Shown here: positions 56,620 to 64,000 of the stretch, piece after piece
How positions within the stretch are numbered: the stretch's first letter is position 1
Layout of the letters: each line of letters opens with the position of its first letter
Assembly: GCA_964016885.1 (NCBI GenBank)
Contig: OZ024743.1
Location: 70,556,001-70,620,000 of the forward strand
DNA from: Eledone cirrhosa
Taxonomy: Eukaryota
Length of the DNA stretch: 64,000 bases
Direction: 5' to 3'
Made by a program: the position numbers and the translations under genes
The notes under the pieces: model-generated
The model's input: the letters and a program-made list of their open reading frames with translations, nothing else
Databases searched by the model: none
Told to the model about the DNA's origin: nothing

Positions 56620-57230
56620 CATGGTGGCTGCCAACTCGTTTTCGAGTACGGCCACTGCTTTATATCCATGTAGGAGAACCCCTACCGATGCGCTGAACGA
56701 GTGTGACTTTTTAGTCCAGCCAGTGACTTGAAAACTCTGGTACAAACACTACACTTGTGACAATTATTGACACATAGTGCTGGGCCCATGGTACCATGTG
56801 ATGACAAGTGCAGAGAGATCTCCAGATATTAAGCAATGCCTGTGCCGTGAAGCTTTTATAGTGAGCAAAGGCACTGCACAAAGCCAGTCCCACTCTCTTA
56901 ACCAAGATGATATTTACCAAAAGGAAGAACAAGTCAACATCATTGGATACCATCAGGATTGCAGGTGGTATATCAAAGTTTTCCTTCTCCTAGAATTCTG
57001 CCTTGACAAAGGCTAATGGGTCACCTCTCCCGGTGATTTTGGATGGCCATTGACTCTTAAGAGCTCCTTTGCCCTTTGACAGGTTTTGTTTTTAGTCCTG
57101 CAGGATGTCCAAAGTTACCCTCCTCACCAAGAAACCTTGGTGGGGTTGCCAGTTTAGTCGCCAACGACCCGACCATGGAACAGATTGTACTGGAATACAT
57201 GTTACCAGTAGCACCAACTGGTGACCTGAC
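56620..57230 (-). mobile_element. ~600 bp non-coding RTE-derived retroposon, with (GTAT)n on both sides
   Basis: Copy of 26819-27410; 3' end CTCGAAAACGAGTTGGCAGCCACCAT(GTAT)n parallels the LINE tail CTCGATAACGAGGGGGCAGCCATCAT(GTAT)n. Confidence 0.78.
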
Positions 57231-57715
57231 ATACATACATACATGCATACATACATACGTACGTACATACATATTCCAATTATTTTAGCTATTTACTATT
57301 AATTGTAGAGTGACTCAGTGACAGAGATAGAGAAAGAATGAGAGAAAGATGGATAAAGAGATAGAGAGAAAGAGGAGTGAGATTCAACGACAATTGTCTC
57401 AACGAAGGCCGCTACAGATTAACAAGTCGTTTAACATCCTTATTAGTTATTCCAGTTATATACCTTCTTAATATATAGTAATTCTTTTGTTTGTTTGTTT
57501 CTATCTTTCTTTTACTGGATCCATTCACTAAAGTACAGTCATGCTGGGTCACCATCTCGCAAGGATTTTAATAGCTGATATTGACGCCAGTACTTTTTCC
57601 ACAATTTTGCTGATGATTATATATATATATATATGTTTTAGGTAATTCCAAAGGAAAAACAAAGGAAAAAAGAGTGCTCTATGTATAGAACAGGGCTATT
57701 TAATTAGAATAACAT

Positions 57716-57783
57716 CTCTGTCTGACGAACGAACCAGACGTATATTATTATCGTCTGTGATCCAGAAACCTTTGGTAATGGAG
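57716..57783 (+). ncRNA. Type I hammerhead in a (TA)n-flanked element (57635-57808)
   Basis: CUCUGU CUGACGA ..CAGACG/CGUCUG.. GAAA CC UUU GG UA AUGGAG. Confidence 0.7.
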
Positions 57784-57802
57784 TAGTTATATTTTGTGTT
57801 GT

Positions 57803-57864
<62 letters not shown>

Positions 57865-58049
57865 AGCAAACTATAAACGTAAACATGTAAGTATGTTTTT
57901 GAAACGGTGCGCGAGTTTGAAATTAGAAATTAGAAATAATAAGCTCTCACCGTATTTTAGACTAAAGATATTTCTAGCCTGATAGTGGGGTTTATAACCC
58001 TCGGAGAAATGGAAAAAGATGAGTGTTGCCGTACATATATATATATACG

Positions 58050-58134
<85 letters not shown>

Positions 58135-58736
58135 TTTATAAACAACAATCAAAGAGTGTTTTAGAACATTTAATCACTAATGATCGTTTCATCCAACCAC
58201 AAGGCCGGAATTATATCAAAGGTTAAAACACAAATGAACTTGTGAAAGAACATTTTGAGGATACACAATATGGGAAGTAAGCATAAGTATTAACATTCAT
58301 ATAAGAGAAGATAGCAAATGTAGAAGAGGCATATGAAATGTATGAGCATATAAATGCATAAAATGAAATCAGGAGAAGCTAAACGCATTAAAAATCTTAA
58401 AAACATGCTGCTATAGAGAAATATGGTGCTATAAACAAGTTAAGTATGCAAGGCATATATCATAATTATATATCATAAGCATTACAAAAGTTTATAAAAG
58501 CATGGACATAGATCCAATATAAATTTAAGAATATGAAAATACATCACCAAAATATACTTTAATAAAAAGTTCGACTACGTCTTTCAGTCATAAATATATA
58601 GATAAGATATTATTTTTCAAAGGTAATAATATCGGTTGAGTACTGTCAGCAGCAAAATAAACATCAAATATAGGTTAAAGTGTTATTATTATTAATCAAA
58701 CCATTCAAAGGAATTAATGTTGAGTAAATATAATCA

Positions 58737-58855
<119 letters not shown>

Positions 58856-59415
58856 ATTAGTGTATCTACCTGCATATGTTGGTAGATATACTAATTCTCT
58901 ATATTTATCTCCAAATTATTTGTTGAGCAAAACCTGCCGAAATTTACTGCTATGGTTCATGGTAGTAGTTAGGCTCTTGTCTTATCACCACTCCACTCCT
59001 CACTGATTAACCTCAGTGTCACGTGATTGATTCTTTTGAATTTGCCACTGACCAAGTAGGCAGTGAATTTTTTCCAGTGCCCTGGAATCTAGTCCCTGCT
59101 TGCTTTTTTCCATCCACCGAATTATTATTTTTATATGGGTTCCTAGTGTCCGCGCATTGCCTGGGAACTTGGCTGAGAATAGACTCCCGATTGACGTAAG
59201 GATTTCTCTATAGAAACTAATTAGTTGGAATGAAAATTTTAGTAAGTTAATTTAAAAATTTTCTTACTTTACGTCTTTCATATTAAAGGAACGATCGACT
59301 TTCGTCAAATCGGACCGAGGGAACAATGTTTCCGTTGGTCTTTCCAATTGCTAATACTATCTATCGGTCGCAACTTCAGGTAGAAGGAGCAACGTGAAAT
59401 AAAGTGTCTTGCTCA

Positions 59416-59492
<77 letters not shown>

Positions 59493-59495
<3 letters not shown>

Positions 59496-60088
59496 ATCAG
59501 GCCCCGGTATTCATCCTAACAATTTTACTATAGTTGCTTCCGTCGCAAATAATGGCCTGGTGGGGGGTGTAATTCAGGCACGGATTAAATCTCATAAATC
59601 TCATTAAATCCCAACGCAAAGAACCGACTTATTTATTCGAAAACTAAATCTCCCATTAGGTGTATTGACATATAAAAATAAGAAGCAAGTTGATGCAAAT
59701 ATTTTGCGTGTAGGTTGCATTAGAGCAACTTAAAAGTAACGGACATGTTTCGATCTAGGTAGAACTCTTTATCGAAGTATATATATATATATATATATAT
59801 ATACTTCGATAAAGAGCTCTACCTAGATCGAAACATGTCCGTTACTTTTAAGTTGCTCTAATGCAACCTACACGCAAAATATTTGCATCAACTTGCTTCT
59901 TATTTTTATATGTCAATACACCTAATGGGAGATTTAGTTTTCGAATAAATAAGTCGGTTCTTTGCGTTGGGATTTAATGAGATTTATGAGATTTAATCCG
60001 TGCCTGAATTACACCCCCCACCAGGCCATTATTTGCGACGGAAGCAACTATAGTAAAATTGTTAGGATGAATACCGGGGCCTGATCAA
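59493..60088. repeat. Near-perfect ~600 bp palindrome centred on (TA)n
   Basis: Arms 59493-59778 and 59803-60088 are reverse complements (one mismatch seen). Confidence 0.92.
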
Positions 60089-60689
60089 CCGCTTCCTCTT
60101 TGAATTTGTTTCCGTCATGACTTCTGGCTTCCTTGGTCCTTGCACAGATTTCTTCTGGATATCTTCTGTAAAGTCAGAAAGACGGCGGCTCGTTTGAGAA
60201 GGATGCCCCGTAGTGTGAGGTGAAATGGGAGTGACGGGTGCAGCGAGTGTCTCTGGCTATTCTCTACAGTAACACTTTTGCGTTTTCTCCGCGTGACGCT
60301 GTTGAGGAACCGCTCTGACTGGGTTGTACTGACTACCCGTCACCCTCTTTCTTTATTTCGTTGATTCATTTTCTTTTCTTTCTCCTTTGTTGTTTATTTC
60401 TTAGATACTGCTCAATACCAACTTACGTCTCGCTTGTCGTGTGGTAAATAAATATATATTAGGTCTGAACATAATGGAATCAAATTCCCATTGCCACTGC
60501 CTCCATCTCTCTCGCTCTCCCCATCTCTCACTAATATAAGCAAACGAAGGCCCACGCACTGGCCGTCCTGCGGCCTCGGGGGACAGAATATGTACTTTAT
60601 ATTGATTAATCAATAGATTAGAAATAAAAAGAAAACTTGAGATTAAAAGAAACATAGTTAAAGCGCCCTTAACTTTTCTTAGAGTCGTA

Positions 60690-61835
60690 GGAGCAATAGC
60701 AGCAATAATAACAATAACAATAGCAACATCAGCACCTACACCTACCACATCAAAATACAACACCAACATCAATAACAACAATAAATTCAATAGCAACAAC
60801 ACTGAAACCACCAACATATCAACACCATCAGCACCACCACCACCACCACCTCAAATGTCAACACCAACACCCCCACCAACATCATCAACAACAATAATAC
60901 CATCAAGATTAGCACCAGCAACAATACCGTCACCACCAACACATGCATCACCACCAGCAACAATACCGTCACCACCACCAACACAAGCATCACCACCAGC
61001 AACAATACCGTCACCACCACCAGCACAAGCATCACCAGCATCAACAACACAACCAACAACAACACCAGCACCACCAGCACTACCAGCACCATCACCACCA
61101 ACAACAACAACACCATCACTATCAGCAACACCATCACCGCCAGCACCACCGCCACCACCACCACCAGCACCAACATCAACACCATCAGAATCAGCACCAC
61201 CACCATCAACACCATCACCATCAGCACCACCACCATCAACACCATCACCACCAAAACAACAACACCACCACCAACACCATCACTACCATCACCACCAGCA
61301 GAACCATCACCACCACCAACAACAACAACACCATCACTACCATCAGCACCACCAGCACCACCAACAACAACAACAACAACACCACCAACAACAACAACAA
61401 CAACACCATCACTACCATCAGCACCACCAACAACACCAACACCATCACTACCATCACCACCATCACCACCAACACCACCATCAACACTATCACCACCAAC
61501 ACCACCACCAGCACAACCATCACCACCACCAACAACAACAACAACACCACCACCAACAACAACACCATCACTACCATCACCACCATCACCACCAACAACA
61601 ACAACACCATCACTACCATCACTACCATCACTACCATCACCACCAACACCACCAACAACACTATCACCACCAACACCACCACCAGCACAACCATCACCAC
61701 CACCAACAACAACACCACCACCAACAACACCAGCACCACCAGCACTATCAGCACCATCACCACCAACAACAACAACACCATCACTACCATCACTACCATC
61801 ACCACCATCACCACTATCAACAACAACAACAAAAA
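60690..61835. repeat. (CAC/CAA/CAT/CAG)n cryptic triplet repeat
   Basis: CAN-periodic low complexity, open in several frames on both strands. Confidence 0.9.
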
Positions 61836-62867
61836 CCTAGCTAGAAGTGAAACCAGCCATTGGACAATGCTAACAATTTACAATATTACATTTTAATAGC
61901 AGTAAAGTATGAGATAGAGAGAGGTAGAGTGAGAGAGGGAGGGAGAGAGAGAGGGGGGATACAGAGGTCAGATAGACAATGACAGAGAGAGAGAGGGAGA
62001 GAAAGATACAGAGCCAGATAGACAATGACAGAGAGAGTGAGAGAGAGAGAGAAGGGAGAAAGGGAGTGGGGGACTACTGTCTTTATCCGGTGATAAATTT
62101 AACAGTGATCTTTAGTAGAGATAACATATCAGGGTGAGGAGAGAAAAGAGAGAGAAAGAGACAGACAAACAAGCAGAGTGAGAGAGAGAGGGAGAGAGAG
62201 AGAGAGAGAAAAAGAGAGAGGCAATTGTATTTATCCGGTGTTAAATCTTGCTATGATCTTTGTTAAAAGATATCATATCATTAATGTATGTTAATAACAA
62301 GGAAATAATGTGGATGACAAATTACTTCTTATGTGGCTGCATGATTATCTGATTTTGTCTACACATACACACACACTCACTCCCTCACACACACACACAC
62401 AGACACACACACACACACACACACACATACACAAGCACACACACACTCTTTTACTTACATATACACACACATATCCTCTTAGCTTCGTACGGACGTATAA
62501 TAACACACACACACAAATATACACACACACGCACACAAACGCATTCGCATAAATATAGTTCTTTATAAAAGACGTTTTTTTTTCCATTTCAGGTAGACGC
62601 GCTCCATCATCCATTTTTCTAAAAAATAAATCATACGCAAATATATACACATATATATATATATATATGCACGTTACATGTATGTATGTATCATGTTTAA
62701 TATAGAAATGGATTTTACAGCGTAGAACAGTTTCTTTCAAAAGAAATCTTTTGATATCTTTTCCTTTCTATAATAAAAATGTAGTTAGTAACTTATGAAC
62801 TGTGTTTACCCCCCGATTGAATCCGTGACTCAATAATATATATGTATAAATAATTAGTTATTATATA

Positions 62868-62904
<37 letters not shown>

Positions 62905-63218
62905 GTATATATATATTTATTTAGGTTTGTTGGTTCACCACTGGATAGAACTGGTCATTCCATCTGGTCAACCTCGATGTAATATTATGGAGAGCACTCG
63001 ACGTAATGCAACTCACCCGTCTTCGTTTGTGTAGTTGGTCGTGCGAGTACGGAGTTAATTATTATAAAATAACAGGAGGCTGGACTGGTGTAATTCCTTA
63101 AAAGATTTATTATACTGTGATAATTTCAATGAACGGGTTCAGTATGAATCCGGTGACATCATCAGGTATTCTAAATATAACAGAGGAATATAACAGACAA
63201 AATCCATGGGGCTGAAAA

Positions 63219-63275
<57 letters not shown>

Positions 63276-63324
63276 GAGAAAATGCGAAGTAGTTTCAGAT
63301 GTTAAAGTTCTGTATTGGTAATGT

Positions 63325-63395
63325 TGTGATATATATTTCAATGACGCCTGTGTCCACACGATTCTGTGTAACCAGTGCAGTGACATCATCAGACA
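63325..63395 (-). ncRNA. Minimal type I hammerhead (relative with GAA-only core at 52771-52829 -)
   Basis: UGU CUGAUGA UGUCAC...GUCAUU GAAA UAUAUA UC ACA. Confidence 0.7.
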
Positions 63396-63444
63396 GCTTC
63401 TTATATAATAAGGTTACCTACCCTAGAGTTTATCTCTCTCTCTC

Positions 63445-63500
<56 letters not shown>

Positions 63501-63649
63501 GAGAGAGAGATAAACACTCGGTTGGCCGTCGAAACGGCTTGAGCTCAGCCGTCGGGGTCTTACTGGTTCCTATTACCCACTCTACTACCCTAAGTATTGA
63601 GTACTTTGGTGCGTTATGGTCCACCAGGTTCCTTACCACATTTCCTTCG

Positions 63650-63769
<120 letters not shown>

Positions 63770-64000
63770 TCTAGCCACTAGCATAATACCCGTGGAAAAC
63801 GACGGGGTGTATTGAACAGAACCATAAAATGACGAGAGACTGTTCATATGAGCTTTAATATACATATGTGTGCGTGTGCGAGGTTTCACATTGCGGACTT
63901 CATTGATTACGACCGTTTCACAGATAGGTGGCTCATCAGACTTGCTAACTAAGCTAAGACAAAATGTCATCTCATTTTGGATTTGGTTGATTAAGAAATC

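Noticed and set aside
60787-61896. His/Gln/Pro- or Thr-rich protein ORFs
   Set aside because: CAN triplet repeat open in several frames on both strands; no splice or domain support.

Overview
AT-rich eukaryotic (animal) repeat landscape with no confidently identifiable host gene. The SINE and mariner-type repeats and the extreme (TA)n/(CA)n/(GA)n density suggest an octopod cephalopod (inference). Protein-coding retroelements: four Tx1/L1-type LINEs (one with an intact ~1145-aa ORF2) whose 3' ends run into (TATC)n or (ATT)n; several RTE fragments; CRE-type and R4/Dong-type endonuclease remnants; one Penelope-like GIY-YIG element. Other mobile DNA: two non-autonomous Helitrons, two Tc1/mariner-superfamily MITEs, two tRNA-derived SINE families and a decayed 5S rRNA copy. 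Most (TA)n tracts flank short (150-650 bp), often fold-back, non-coding elements carrying hammerhead-ribozyme cores (about ten families; Penelope/retrozyme-like). The top observation is three divergent families (42195-42296 +, 48376-48481 -, 50830-50930 +) whose hammerhead core segments lie in a non-circularly-permuted order (UH, then GAAA, then CUGAUGA), held by covarying helices, a multi-way junction in place of stem II and a kink-turn in stem III. All folds were done by eye.
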